A stretch of DNA of 64,000 bases from Nannocystis radixulma (GTDB lineage: Bacteria > Myxococcota_A > Polyangia > Nannocystales > Nannocystaceae). A program made the position numbers and the translations under genes. The notes beneath the pieces were generated by a model. That model had not been told where the DNA came from and made no database searches. It was given only the letters and a program-made list of their open reading frames with translations. Location of the stretch: assembly GCF_028369095.1 (NCBI RefSeq), contig NZ_JAQNDN010000024.1:757253-821252 (forward strand), written 5' to 3'. Of the stretch, positions 38,624 through 48,757 are shown piece after piece. Every line of letters begins with the position of its first letter. Position 1 is the first letter of the stretch.

Positions 38624-40360
38624 ATGCAGGCGGCGCCGTTCATCACGTTCTGGTCGGCTCACGGCGGCGTGGGTCGGACGCTGGCAGTGCTGGGCGTCGG
38701 GCGCGTGCTGGCGGCGCGTGGGCTGCGGGTGTTGCTCGTCGACGCCGATCTCGAGGCGCCGGGACTGTCGCGGCTGGTCGGCGGCGACGGCGACGGCCTC
38801 GTGGAGCTGATGACGGCGGGGGTGCCGGAAGCCGCGGCGATGGCAGGGTGCTGTGCGACGATCGCGGGGACGCTGCGGGTGCTGCGGGCGGGCCGGCTCG
38901 ACGCAGCGTACTGGGATCGCCTGGACGCGTGGCCGCAGGGCGAACGCGCGGCGGCGTTGCACGAGCTGCGGCGCCGGATCGACACTGCCGAGATCGCTGA
39001 CGTGGTGCTGGTCGACGGCCCGCCGGGGCTGTCGCGGGCGACGGAGCGGGTGGTGCGGGCGCTCGCCGATCGCGTGGTGGTGTTGACGGCGATCAATCAG
39101 CAGCAGGTCGCGGGCACGGCCGAGCTGCTGCGCCGCTGCCGCGCGGCGGAGCTGCCGGCGCGGGTGGTGTACGGCCCGCTGCCGCTCGGCGAGGACGAGC
39201 TGACGGCGGCGCGCGAGGAGGCGGCGCGCGTGGCGTTCGCGGACGAGGCGCTCGCGCTGTCGGGGCCGATCCCGCAGCACCCGCGGCTGGCGCTTCACGA
39301 ACAGGCGAGCGAGCGCGGGCCGGTGCACGCGGCCCACGTGGCGCTGGCGCGCGAGCTGCTGGTCGACGCGGGGTTCGAGGTGCGGGCGCTCCTCCGCGGC
39401 GTCGAGGCGGCGATCGAGGCACAGGCGTGGGCCCGCGCGCTGGCGCTATTGCGGGTGGCGATCGTCATCGAGCCGACGGGGGCGTCGCTGGGGTCGTTGT
39501 TCCCGCGGTTGCGCGAACACATGACGCCGGCTGCCGCGAGCGACCCGTTGTTCGCGTTGCTCGCGGAGGCGCTGCCGGTCGACTCACCGCGGCTGGCCAG
39601 CTTCGCCACCGCGCTGCATTCGGCCGGCAACCCGCTGGCGCGCCGTTTTTATGAGAAGTTCCTGGCCGACGCGCCGGACCACGCGGACATGCTCGGCAAC
39701 TTCGCGGCGTTCCTGAGCGACGTGTGCGGCGAGCACGACCTCGCCGAGGCGTACTACGAGCAGGCGCTGGCGGCCGCACCGGACGACGCCGATCACCTCG
39801 GCAACTTCGCCAACTTCCAGGCGCTGGTCCGCGGCGATCGGGCGCGGGCCGATGCCTGCTACCAGGCGACGATCGCGGCCGCGCCGGACGATGCGCATCA
39901 CCTCGGCAACTACGCCAACTTCCGCGTTGCGACGTTCGCCGACGTCGCCGGCGCCGAGGCGCTGTACCGCCGCGCGCTGGCGGCCGATCCGGAGGACGCC
40001 AACTTGCTCGGCAACTTCGCCAGGTTGCTGTTCGCGGAGGGACGCGGCGCGGAGGGGCGCGAGCTGCTGGCGCGGGCGCTGGAATTGTCGGAGGCCGGGT
40101 CGCCGCTGCGCTGCGAGCTGTGCTTCTACGCGTACGCGCACGCGCCCGAGGTCGTGCCCGACGCGCTGGCGCAGCTGCGCGAGATGCTGGCGAGCGGGGT
40201 GCGCTCTCCCGGCTGGGAGCTGGTAGCGAACGTGGCCCGGGTCCGCCTGGACGGCCACGCGGAGCCGGAGTTGCTGGCAACACTGGCCCGCGTGATCGCG
40301 GACGAGGCTCCGCTGGCGGCGCTCGACGCCTTCGTGGCGTGGGTGCGGTCGAGCGAGTGA
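38624..40360 (+). CDS. Fusion of a degenerate ParA/MinD-like P-loop domain to TPR repeats
   Basis: FWSAHGGVGRTLAVLGVGRVLAARGLRVLLVDADLEAPGL resembles a deviant Walker A in which Arg replaces the usual Lys. The C-terminal half has repeated DADHLGNFANF…Y…AL units, read as TPR repeats. Confidence 0.6.
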   Translation: MQAAPFITFWSAHGGVGRTLAVLGVGRVLAARGLRVLLVDADLEAPGLSRLVGGDGDGLVELMTAGVPEAAAMAGCCATIAGTLRVLRAGRLDAAYWDRLDAWPQGERAAALHELRRRIDTAEIADVVLVDGPPGLSRATERVVRALADRVVVLTAINQQQVAGTAELLRRCRAAELPARVVYGPLPLGEDELTAAREEAARVAFADEALALSGPIPQHPRLALHEQASERGPVHAAHVALARELLVDAGFEVRALLRGVEAAIEAQAWARALALLRVAIVIEPTGASLGSLFPRLREHMTPAAASDPLFALLAEALPVDSPRLASFATALHSAGNPLARRFYEKFLADAPDHADMLGNFAAFLSDVCGEHDLAEAYYEQALAAAPDDADHLGNFANFQALVRGDRARADACYQATIAAAPDDAHHLGNYANFRVATFADVAGAEALYRRALAADPEDANLLGNFARLLFAEGRGAEGRELLARALELSEAGSPLRCELCFYAYAHAPEVVPDALAQLREMLASGVRSPGWELVANVARVRLDGHAEPELLATLARVIADEAPLAALDAFVAWVRSSE

Positions 40361-40497
40361 CGTCGCGGAGGGGGCGGCGGGACGAGCCGCGGTGAGATGT
40401 CCGATGCGACAGGTCGCCGGGCAGCCGCTTCTGCGGGGTGCCCAAGGCATTTTCCGCCGAGGTGCCGTCGTGTCCGTGGGCCTCGTTCGCCCGTGAG

Positions 40498-40920
40498 TCA
40501 CAAGTAGGCGGTGATGGCGGGCGGCTGGTCCTGGCGGTCGCGCTTGCCGTCCTCGTAGATGACCGGGGCCGCCGCGAGTTCCTCTTCCGTGATGTCGTCG
40601 AGGCAGGCGACGTTGACGGCCCAGAAGTGGCCGCCCATCTCCTTCTCGAGGTAGCCGCGCGAGAACACGTGCGCGCCGCACGAGCCGCAGAAGTAGTGGT
40701 TGATGTCGCCGGGCGGCCAGTGCAGGGGGGTCGGCTGGTAGTCCTTCATCGCCTCGGCGCCTGCGGTCGTGCGCACGGCGTCGTAGGGGACGAGCGCCTT
40801 GCGATAGCCGAGCTTCCAGCAGAAGCTGCAGTTGCACTTGCGAATGCCGGCGGCCAGATCGATGTCGGCCTCGAAGCGGATCGTGCCGCAGTGACAGCTG
40901 CCGCGGTAAGTGTGTGGCAT
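40498..40920 (-). CDS. GFA (glutathione-dependent formaldehyde-activating) / CENP-V family protein
   Basis: Internal ATG at 40918-40920. Cys pattern GSCHCG…CNCSFCWK…CGSCGAHVF. Confidence 0.8.
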   Translation of the reverse strand: MPHTYRGSCHCGTIRFEADIDLAAGIRKCNCSFCWKLGYRKALVPYDAVRTTAGAEAMKDYQPTPLHWPPGDINHYFCGSCGAHVFSRGYLEKEMGGHFWAVNVACLDDITEEELAAAPVIYEDGKRDRQDQPPAITAYL

Positions 40921-41064
40921 GGGTCCGGGTCTCCGGACGCGAGCATGGGCGAGGACACGCCCCCGCGCCAGCGCGAACCCGTGAATGGTCATGGCCTGTT
41001 TGAAAAGGCATGTCTTGAAGTTCATGTCGATGAATGCGCCTGGCAAGCGGCCGCCGCCGGAGAT

Positions 41065-41246
41065 GACACGCCGTCATGACCTGAGAAAGCGTCTGGTCGG
41101 CGGCCAGCCCTGGCCGTCGACCAGGCGCTGGCAACCTGCTCCAAAGGACATCCTCCATCGGAGTCGAGGACGGCGTGTCGGCCTCTCACGGCTGCAGCCT
41201 TCCCCGGACCCCCCGCGAGGCGCAGTCGGCAATTCGCGAAGCGAGC
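41065..41246. repeat. Copy B (inverted) of the ~200-bp repeat
   Basis: Reverse-complement alignment to 34795-35070; see copy A. Confidence 0.75.
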
Positions 41247-41300
41247 CGCTCCCAGCACTCGCGCTGGAAGCGGCCCGCGTAAGATTCGCGCCAAGCGAAA

Positions 41301-42719
41301 TCAGGCCAGGAGCTCGGCGTACTCGCCCGGCTCGAGTCCAGCCCGCCCGAACTGCGTGATCGGCCCGCCGTTGTCGGTGCAGCCGACCGCGTTGAGCAGC
41401 GTGATGAGCAGCCGATTGTGCGGGTGCGACTGGACCCAGGGGTCCTGCCCGTTGATGAGGTCGATGTAGTGCCCCTGCTTGAGGTACCCGCCCGCGCCGC
41501 CGGCGATGATGATCGGAAGATCGAGGTACGAGTGGGCCTTGCCGTCGGACAGCTCGTTGAACCACACCACCGCCGAGTTATCGAGCACCGTCCCGTCGCC
41601 CTCGCTGTAGCCCGAGAGGCGGTCGAGCAGGTGCTTGAACTGCTCCGCGTGCCAGCGATCGATCTGGGCGATCATGTCGAGGTATCCGGCCACCTCCTCG
41701 CCCGAGTCGTCGTCCTTGGTGTTGCCGTGCGACAGCTTGTGGTGGTTGAACTCGTGGTTCATCCCGTCCCACTTGTAGATCGGTCCGCCCGAGCCGGAGG
41801 CGAACTGGATCGAGCCGGCGCTGGTGGCTCCGCAGGCGATCGCCATGGCGAGGATGTCGAGCTGCATCTGGCCGATCGTCTTGAACTGCCAGTCCTCGAG
41901 CACGCTGTTGGGGTCGATGGCCTCGATCTCGCCCGCCCGCGCGGGGTCGAGGGCGCACTCGATGAGGCCGTTGCCGATCATGTCGACCTCGAGGTCGCGG
42001 ATCGAGTCGGCGTGCATCTCGAGCTTGGTGAGGTCGGCCTGGCTGAGGTTCTTGGCCTTGAGCGCCTTGAACTCCTCCTCGACGAGGTCGAGCACGCTCT
42101 GGCGGCGCGCGGCGATCTGCATCTTCACGGCCTCGTCGAGGCCGCCCAGGCCCATGAGGTCCTGGTAGGTCAGCCACGGGTTGCCCTCGGGCGTGACCGG
42201 CGTGTTGGCGCCGGCGTACGAGATGTGGCCGAGCCAGTTGGTGTGACGCCAGCCGACCGAGAGGGTCATCGCCGGGGCGCCGTCCTTGTTGAGCTGGCCG
42301 GCGGCGAATTGGTCGATCGAGATCCCGCGCGAATAGAGCGTGTCGGGGTGCAGCGCCTCGGCGGTGAGCTTGTGGCCCATGCCCTTGGCGTGGTCGTCAC
42401 CCGGGGTATCGGCGTCCTGGCCCCAGCCCTTGGGCACCATGTGCATGCCGCGAGGGATCAGCAGCTTGCCGGCGTAGTCGGCCACCGGCTCGAGACCGGT
42501 GCCCATCAGCGAGGCCGCCGACAGCGGGCCGGGCGCGGCCGGGAAGAAGGTCTCCATGTTGACGCCGTTGCACATGAAGAACACGACGAGCCGCTTGCCG
42601 CCCGGCTCGGCGGCGCGGGCCGTCTTGATGAAGCGGCGCCAGTTCAGCGACTCGAGGAAGGGCAGCGCGACCGCGACTCCGCACGCGCCTCGCAGGAAGT
42701 TCCGCCGTCTCATGGTCAT
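41301..42719 (-). CDS. DUF1552 family protein with a twin-arginine signal
   Basis: Internal ATG at 42717-42719 (MTMRRRNFLRGACGVAVALP…). The stop/start overlaps the upstream DUF1592 gene as ATGA. Confidence 0.8.
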   Translation of the reverse strand: MTMRRRNFLRGACGVAVALPFLESLNWRRFIKTARAAEPGGKRLVVFFMCNGVNMETFFPAAPGPLSAASLMGTGLEPVADYAGKLLIPRGMHMVPKGWGQDADTPGDDHAKGMGHKLTAEALHPDTLYSRGISIDQFAAGQLNKDGAPAMTLSVGWRHTNWLGHISYAGANTPVTPEGNPWLTYQDLMGLGGLDEAVKMQIAARRQSVLDLVEEEFKALKAKNLSQADLTKLEMHADSIRDLEVDMIGNGLIECALDPARAGEIEAIDPNSVLEDWQFKTIGQMQLDILAMAIACGATSAGSIQFASGSGGPIYKWDGMNHEFNHHKLSHGNTKDDDSGEEVAGYLDMIAQIDRWHAEQFKHLLDRLSGYSEGDGTVLDNSAVVWFNELSDGKAHSYLDLPIIIAGGAGGYLKQGHYIDLINGQDPWVQSHPHNRLLITLLNAVGCTDNGGPITQFGRAGLEPGEYAELLA

Positions 42720-44488
42720 CACTCCTCCACCGCGCGGAAGCGGAAGGTACGGGTCAGCGTGAGGGACACCAGCAGCTCCTTGATGTTGTAGCCCGAGGCG
42801 GCCAGCTCGGCGTCGAGGGCGTCGATCGTGCAGCGATCGATGGGCGCGACGTCGCGGCCGTAGCCGTAGCGGAACCAGTTGGTGAGGTAGCAGCGGGTGC
42901 CGTTCTCCGACTCGGCGATCTGATTGACCATGTCGACGGCGTCGGTGAACGAGAACACCCAGGCGCCCGACACGGCCTCGCCGCTGGCGTCGACGGGGGC
43001 GCCGTTGTCGAGGTCGCGCCACTTGCCGAGCGCGTCGTAGTGCTCGAAGGCGAAGCCGGGCGGGTTGATGATGCTCTTGTGGCAGCCGGCGCAGTACGGG
43101 TCGAGCTGGGTGTGGGCCTCGACCTGATCGCGGGTGGTGACGATGTCGTCGCCCGGCGGCGGCAGGTTGGGATCGATGCCGCCGGGCGGCGGCGGTGGCG
43201 GAGTGCAGAGGATCTGCTTCTGCACGAAGGCGCCGCGGAAGATCGGCGAGGACGAGCTCTGGTAGGCGTGGGTGGCGAGGAAGCTCGGCTGGGTGAGCAG
43301 GCCGGCGCGCTTCTGCGGGTCGAGGGCGGCCTCGGTGAACTCGGCGCCGAACTGGCCCTGCACGCCGTAGAGCGCCGCGAGCTCGGCGTTGACGAAGGTG
43401 ACGGGCGCGGTGAGCAGCGCGGCGTAGTCGCCCTCGAGCTCGAACACGACGTGGCGCACGAACTGCTGCGTCTCCTCGCGCATGGCGTCGGCGAGGGCGC
43501 CGTTGAACTCGGGGTAGAGGTCGCTGTTCTTCTGCAGGTTGTCGACCTTGTCGAGCTCGAGCCACTGGCGGTGGAAGTCGGCCACCGGCGCCTCGGCCTT
43601 GGGACTGTCGAGCAGGCGCCGCGCCTGGGCCTCGAGGCCGGCGGGTGTGTCGAGCTCGCCGGCCTCGGCGGCGGCGAGCAGGACGTCGTCGGGCATGCTG
43701 CCCCACAGCAGGTAGGACAGGCGCGAGGCGACCTCGTAGCCGCTCAGCGCGATGACCTCGCCGCTCGGGGCGTCGCTGAGCTCGACGCGGTAGAGGAAGT
43801 GACCCGACTGCAGCATGGCCTCGATGATGAAGCGGATGCCCTGCTCGAACGGGGTGCCCTCGGGATAGAGGCCCTGACCCTGGGTGAAGAGGCCGGCGTA
43901 GGTGGTCTGCTCGGCAGCGGTGAGCGGGCGCCGGAAGGCGCGGCGGCCGAACTCGGCGACGAACTGGGCGGCGCACTGCGAGCCGTCGCCCTCGGGCTGA
44001 CAGGGCAAGAGCCCGGCGAGGACGTCGGGCGCGACAGCCTCGCCGGCGAGGCGCTCGGCGGCGCGGCGATAGTCGCGGCCGAGTCGATCCTTGACGACCA
44101 TCTGCACGGCGTTGTTGTCGAAGCCGGCGACGGCAGGATCGGCGAGGAACTCGGCCGAGGGCTTGGGGTCGAAGCTCTTCTTGAAAAGGTCGGCGACGGT
44201 GAGGTCGTACTGCTGGTGCGTGAGCCGCACGAGCCGCGGCATCGGCCCCGGCTGCGGGCCGTCGTCGCACGAGACCGGGGCCGGACCCTCGGTCGGATCG
44301 GCGCTGGTGTCGGTGCCGCCACCCTCGGTCGGAGTGGTGCCCGCGGTGCCCTCGGTCGCGCCGGACCCATCGGTGTCGCCCGCGGTCGCGCCGGCCTCGT
44401 CGTTCCCGCCGCCGCCTCCGCCGCAGCCGATGATCGGCGCGGCCAGGACCAGCGCGGCCAGGGTTGTCGGTAGTGATCGTGACACCAC
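42719..44488 (-). CDS. DUF1592/DUF1588/DUF1585-type lipoprotein with a CxxCH haem-binding-like motif (planctomycete-cytochrome-like)
   Basis: Lipobox LAAPIIGCGG, a Gly/Thr linker, and YCAGCHKSI. It sits directly upstream of the DUF1552 gene. Confidence 0.8.
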   Translation of the reverse strand: MVSRSLPTTLAALVLAAPIIGCGGGGGGNDEAGATAGDTDGSGATEGTAGTTPTEGGGTDTSADPTEGPAPVSCDDGPQPGPMPRLVRLTHQQYDLTVADLFKKSFDPKPSAEFLADPAVAGFDNNAVQMVVKDRLGRDYRRAAERLAGEAVAPDVLAGLLPCQPEGDGSQCAAQFVAEFGRRAFRRPLTAAEQTTYAGLFTQGQGLYPEGTPFEQGIRFIIEAMLQSGHFLYRVELSDAPSGEVIALSGYEVASRLSYLLWGSMPDDVLLAAAEAGELDTPAGLEAQARRLLDSPKAEAPVADFHRQWLELDKVDNLQKNSDLYPEFNGALADAMREETQQFVRHVVFELEGDYAALLTAPVTFVNAELAALYGVQGQFGAEFTEAALDPQKRAGLLTQPSFLATHAYQSSSSPIFRGAFVQKQILCTPPPPPPGGIDPNLPPPGDDIVTTRDQVEAHTQLDPYCAGCHKSIINPPGFAFEHYDALGKWRDLDNGAPVDASGEAVSGAWVFSFTDAVDMVNQIAESENGTRCYLTNWFRYGYGRDVAPIDRCTIDALDAELAASGYNIKELLVSLTLTRTFRFRAVEE

Positions 44489-44618
44489 GTCGCCTCCTCG
44501 GAAGCCACGGTAGAGGCCGGCCCGAGGGCCTGCAACGCGGAATCGGCGGGGGCGAGGAACCCCGCGTGGGCGAGCGCCCGAGAGCGGCTCGCGGCTCCGA
44601 ACGCGCTATGGTGCGCGC

Positions 44619-45029
44619 ATGGCCGAACGAGAGGTGACGAAGACGGACGCCGAGTGGCGAGCGACGCTGACCCCGGAGCAGTACCGCGTGCTGCGACAGG
44701 CCGGGACCGAGCGGGCCTTCACCGGCGCGTACTGGGATCAGAAGGCGCCCGGCCGCTACCTGTGTGCCGGCTGCGGGGCGCTGCTGTTCGACGCGGGGAC
44801 GAAGTTCGACTCCGGCTGCGGCTGGCCGAGCTTCTTCGACGCGGTCGATCGCTCGGCGATCGAGGAGCGCGTCGACACCAGCCACGGGATGCGCAGGATC
44901 GAGGTCCTGTGTCGCCGCTGCGGCGGACACCTGGGGCACGTGTTCCCCGATGGTCCGCAGCCGACACGTCTGCGTTACTGCATCAACTCCGCGAGCCTCG
45001 ACTTCGCGCAGGAAGGCGAGACGAAGTAG
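44619..45029 (+). CDS. msrB: Peptide-methionine (R)-S-oxide reductase
   Basis: [25 protein letters not shown] and [17 protein letters not shown] match the MsrB zinc and catalytic motifs. Confidence 0.9.
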   Translation: MAEREVTKTDAEWRATLTPEQYRVLRQAGTERAFTGAYWDQKAPGRYLCAGCGALLFDAGTKFDSGCGWPSFFDAVDRSAIEERVDTSHGMRRIEVLCRRCGGHLGHVFPDGPQPTRLRYCINSASLDFAQEGETK

Positions 45030-45130
45030 GCGATCCCGAATCGCAAGCCGAGCTCGTTCGGCTCGACGGTGTTCTCGTCATGCATGAGTGATCACGGCCT
45101 CATCGCCGGGCCTCGCCGTCGAGGCACGCC

Positions 45131-45673
45131 TCACTCGCGGCGGACGTCGGCGAGTCGGACCCTGAGGGCGTCCCAGCTCGGGGGCTCGGTGGCGGTGGAC
45201 TCGGTCCAGTGGGTGGTCTCCCATCCGCTGGTGTACTTCAGGCCGTTCTTGATCGCGGCGCTATGGACCTCGCCGAACACGAACTTCTTCCGCGCGGCCT
45301 CGTCGCGCCAGAGGGTCACGGTCCGCGCGCTTCTGCAGGCCTCGGAGTAGGCGAAGCTGGCCCCGAGAAGGCCGTCGTGGGTGAAGACATCCATCATCGG
45401 CGGGGCGTTGTGACTGACGACGGCGTCCCGGTTTTCGGGAGTGTGCCAGCCCGCAGTGGTGGCGACGATGTGTGGCACGGGCAGGGGGGCGAGGAGAGCG
45501 CCGTTGTCGTCGAAGGCGGGGCCCATGAAGGGGAGCAACTCGAGGTCGTGCTCGTCGCAGGCCGCGAGTTCGGCGACGCTCGGCTCCTCGGCGTTGGTGG
45601 TCGTGCTGTCGCTGTCCTGGGACCCGCAGGCGACGAGGAGCGAGAGCGTGGAGAGGATGGCTCGGTGGGGCAT
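45131..45673 (-). CDS. Hypothetical lipoprotein
   Basis: Internal ATG at 45671-45673. Signal MPHRAILSTLSLLVACGS. Confidence 0.55.
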   Translation of the reverse strand: MPHRAILSTLSLLVACGSQDSDSTTTNAEEPSVAELAACDEHDLELLPFMGPAFDDNGALLAPLPVPHIVATTAGWHTPENRDAVVSHNAPPMMDVFTHDGLLGASFAYSEACRSARTVTLWRDEAARKKFVFGEVHSAAIKNGLKYTSGWETTHWTESTATEPPSWDALRVRLADVRRE

Positions 45674-45757
45674 CGCGGATCCAACACCGCGAGGGTCGCC
45701 AAGTGTCACCCGGTGAATGCCGCGACCGGGTCATTTCGACCCTTCCCGATCGCGGCA

Positions 45758-46357
45758 CTAGTCCGACAGCCAGTGGCTGCGGAAGCGGGAGCCGTCCCAG
45801 TAGACGAGGGCGCTCGAGGACTCGAGCTTCATCATGACGATGCCGTCGCCCTTGAGCGCCGGGGCCTTGCCGCCGGGGCCGGCGGGGACCGAGGTGCCGC
45901 GGTCGTGGACGTACCAGGCGTCGCGCGCGGGCAGGGTGAGGCCCGCCTTGGGATCGTCGTCGAGCCAGACCGCCGGGCGATTGCCGCCGCGCAGGACCAC
46001 GAGCCGCGGCAGCGCGCCGCCGCCGAGCTTGGGCACGACGCTGACGAGGTAGTCGGGCGCGGCGTCGCCGTCGAAATCGCCGCGCAGGTAGAAGGGGTTG
46101 ATGCCGCGATCGATGGCGTGGTCGCCCCAGATCTTGGCAGCGGCGCCCCGCTCGAGCAGCTCGGGCGGGGTGTTGGCCTCGGCCAGGCGATCGGCCAGCG
46201 TGGCGTCCTCGGCGGCGGGCGGCGGCGGTGGCGGGGTCGGCGTCGACGCCGGCTCGGCCTTCGCCGGCGCTGGCGCAGGCGGGGGCGTCGCCGCGGGCGC
46301 GGTGCAGGCGAGGAGGCCGAGGCCGAGGGTGACGAGGAGGTCGATGCGGGCGCTCAT
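45758..46357 (-). CDS. Hypothetical lipoprotein with a Pro-rich linker
   Basis: Internal ATG at 46355-46357. MSARIDLLVTLGLGLLACTAP followed by a PPPAPAPA linker. Confidence 0.55.
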   Translation of the reverse strand: MSARIDLLVTLGLGLLACTAPAATPPPAPAPAKAEPASTPTPPPPPPAAEDATLADRLAEANTPPELLERGAAAKIWGDHAIDRGINPFYLRGDFDGDAAPDYLVSVVPKLGGGALPRLVVLRGGNRPAVWLDDDPKAGLTLPARDAWYVHDRGTSVPAGPGGKAPALKGDGIVMMKLESSSALVYWDGSRFRSHWLSD

Positions 46358-46559
46358 GACGACGGGACGAGGAAATCGCGACAACGGCTTGGGCCGGCTG
46401 CCCATTCCCTCGCGCGCTCGGGATAGCACGCAGCTGCCTCACGCGCGGTCGCGCGGGCCGTCGCCCGCGCATACGCGGGTCCGCGCCGGCGTCCGGGCCG
46501 ACCGCGCGGACCGCGGCGGGCGGGCTCGGCCGTGCAGGTCGCGGCGGGCGCTGCGCGTG

Positions 46560-46870
46560 GCGCGAAGGACATGTCCGGAGGGACATGGCGCGAGCGAGGG
46601 GAGGTGATGTCCGGAAGGATGGAGGGGATCCGTGTGTGCGAGCGAAAGGTGATGTGCGGAGGGGCAGAGGGGTCGCGTGCGTCGGGAGGCCGGCCGAAGG
46701 GCGGTGCGCGCGAAGAATGCGCATTTGGATGTGGCGTCAAGGGAATGTCTGATACGACATGCTCTCCGAGACATGCCCGATCCGGGATGTCTCGACGAGA
46801 TGGGCATCTGGACATGTCGCCGAGGGAATGTCCGCCACGACATGCTCTCTGTGACATGCCCGATCCGGCA
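46560..46870. repeat. Two blocks of 14/15-bp-phased CATGTC repeats; the second block is itself a duplicated ~60-bp unit
   Basis: gcgaaggacatgtccggagggacatggcg at ~46563. gggaatgtctgatacgacatgctctccgagacatgcccgatccgggatgtctcgacgag at ~46740 is repeated as gggaatgtccgccacgacatgctctctgtgacatgcccgatccggcatgtctcgaggg at ~46810. Confidence 0.65.
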
Positions 46871-46881
46871 TGTCTCGAGGG

Positions 46882-47895
46882 TCATGGTGCGGGCGAGAAG
46901 ACGGGGCCGGGAGCGGGGCCGAGCGGCGTGGCCATCGACGGCGTCGCGGGCTCCTGCGGCGGCGGATCGAGCGGCAGCGGCTTCTCGGCGGAGGTGCCGA
47001 GCTCGGACTCGGCGGTCACGTCCTCGAGCGCGATGGGGGCGTCGTAGGGGCGGAAGCGGGTCTTGCCGGCGCGGCGGGCGTTGAGGCGGTCGAGCTCGGC
47101 CTCGGTGTAGGCCTGCGGCGAGCCGTACGGGGCGACCTGGCGGACGAAGGCCTCGATCTTGGCGCGAGCGGTGCGGGCGACCTCGAGGCGCATGGCGTCG
47201 ATCTCGGTGCGACGGGCGGTGGTGGCGTCCTCGCACTCCTCCCAGCGCTCGAAGATCCGGCGCTTGCGCTCGGCCAGCGGCAACTTGGTGTCGCGCCACA
47301 CCTCGAGCAGCTGGCCACCGAGGTCGGCGAGCTCGCTGTGGAGGCGCTGCTTGTACCAGGCGTTGGCGAGGCGGAACCGCAGCTGCTCGGTGGCCAGCAG
47401 GAAGGCCTGCTTGGCGCTCTTGTGGCGGTCCTTGCGACGGCCGTCGGCGAGCCCGCCGAAGCGGCCGCCGATGCCGGCGAGGATCGGCGCCGGGCCGAAG
47501 CCGCGCACCGGCCACAGGCGATCGTGGATGACGCCCATCCAGATCGGCGCGTGACGCTCGGGCTCGGGCTCCCGGAAACGCTGGCGCCACAGATCGAGGC
47601 CGAAGAAATTGATGTCCGCGGTGCCGCCGTGATCGCGGAACTCGACCGAACCGTCGGGGTAGATGATCGCGGTGAAGCCGTGGCCGCGGTGCTTCAGCCG
47701 ACCACCGCCGTCGGGCTCGAGGTCGACCGAAGGACGCACCGTCGCCGCGGCGGCTGCGGGGGCTTTGCCCGCTGCCGGCACAGCGCGCGGCGCCGGTGCG
47801 GCTGCAGCGTCGGGCGCGACCGCGAGGCCCAGCGCGATCGCCCAGGCCACGCGAGCGCGGGCGAGGCGAGGCGAGGGCGAGGGACGCAGGCGCAT
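46882..47895 (-). CDS. Hypothetical secreted protein
   Basis: 337-aa ORF with an N-terminal signal peptide and varied composition. The antisense ORF is Gly/Arg-rich. Confidence 0.5.
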   Translation of the reverse strand: MRLRPSPSPRLARARVAWAIALGLAVAPDAAAAPAPRAVPAAGKAPAAAAATVRPSVDLEPDGGGRLKHRGHGFTAIIYPDGSVEFRDHGGTADINFFGLDLWRQRFREPEPERHAPIWMGVIHDRLWPVRGFGPAPILAGIGGRFGGLADGRRKDRHKSAKQAFLLATEQLRFRLANAWYKQRLHSELADLGGQLLEVWRDTKLPLAERKRRIFERWEECEDATTARRTEIDAMRLEVARTARAKIEAFVRQVAPYGSPQAYTEAELDRLNARRAGKTRFRPYDAPIALEDVTAESELGTSAEKPLPLDPPPQEPATPSMATPLGPAPGPVFSPAP

Positions 47896-48201
47896 GGATG
47901 GTCTCGGGACAACACGGCGGGCAGGGCCGGCATTTCCGCGGTCGCCGCCGCCTGGCTGATGGCTCCCAGTTCAACGCCGATGCTGACGGCTGTAAAGCGG
48001 CGCGGGTGTCGCGGCCCGAGCGGGCGGCGAGCGGGGGGCGGGGTCGGGCTGGGCGCTCGCGCAGGACCGGCCACGTCTTTCGTCAGGACGGTGCGCTCGC
48101 CGACCTCCGACCTGGAGCCCCATGGGGGGCGGCTTCCGGGGTCGGCGCGGTGTTTTTCGCGCTCCGCAATTTTCGCGGCCGGACCGGCGACTCCGGGATC
48201 G

Positions 48202-48654
48202 ATGCCGAAGGACGCGAGCGTGGGTGTCGGACGCGTCGGAACCCGCGGGGCGGTGACCTGGGCTCTCGCGCTCGCGTGCGCCTCGCCACCGAGACCTGCG
48301 CAGGCGCAGCCGCCAGCGCCCGGGGTGGTCACGCCGGCCGGAGAGCTTCAGGCCTGGCGGGCCAAGCGGCGCAGCTTGCAGCTCGTGACGGGACTCTCGG
48401 GAGGGTTCATGGCGGCGAGCTTCGTCACCGGCGCGAGCATGCTCGCCTGGCTGTTCTGGCCGCGAGCCACCGACTGCCTCGACTGCGACAACGACGGGTT
48501 CGGGGAGGCCTGGACGGCGATCGTGATGCTGCCGACCGCGGCGCTGCTGGCGATCCCGACCGGGATCTTCGGCGCGCGGCTGCGGCGTCACGAGCGGGCG
48601 CGCCCGAGCGCCCGCATCCGGCCGGCACCCGGAGGGTTGAAGATCCAATTTTGA
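48202..48654 (+). CDS. Hypothetical small membrane protein
   Basis: Internal ATG at ~48202. A signal-like N-terminus followed by two hydrophobic helices. Confidence 0.35.
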   Translation: MPKDASVGVGRVGTRGAVTWALALACASPPRPAQAQPPAPGVVTPAGELQAWRAKRRSLQLVTGLSGGFMAASFVTGASMLAWLFWPRATDCLDCDNDGFGEAWTAIVMLPTAALLAIPTGIFGARLRRHERARPSARIRPAPGGLKIQF

Positions 48655-48757
48655 GACATGTTCTCGTAGACATGGTCAAATGGCCATGTCCATGAGAACA
48701 TGTCTATCGATACAGCTGCGGCTCGGCCCGCGGTACGACTCGCGCGCCGCGCCTCGC

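Noticed and set aside
34795-41246. Inverted repeat pair considered as a composite transposon
   Set aside because: There is no transposase or integrase ORF and no target-site duplication. It is kept as a finding (possible inversion or recombination footprint) but not called a mobile element.
44980-45070. Weak hairpin after msrB considered as a terminator
   Set aside because: The stem is only ~5 bp with no U-tract, so it is not convincing.
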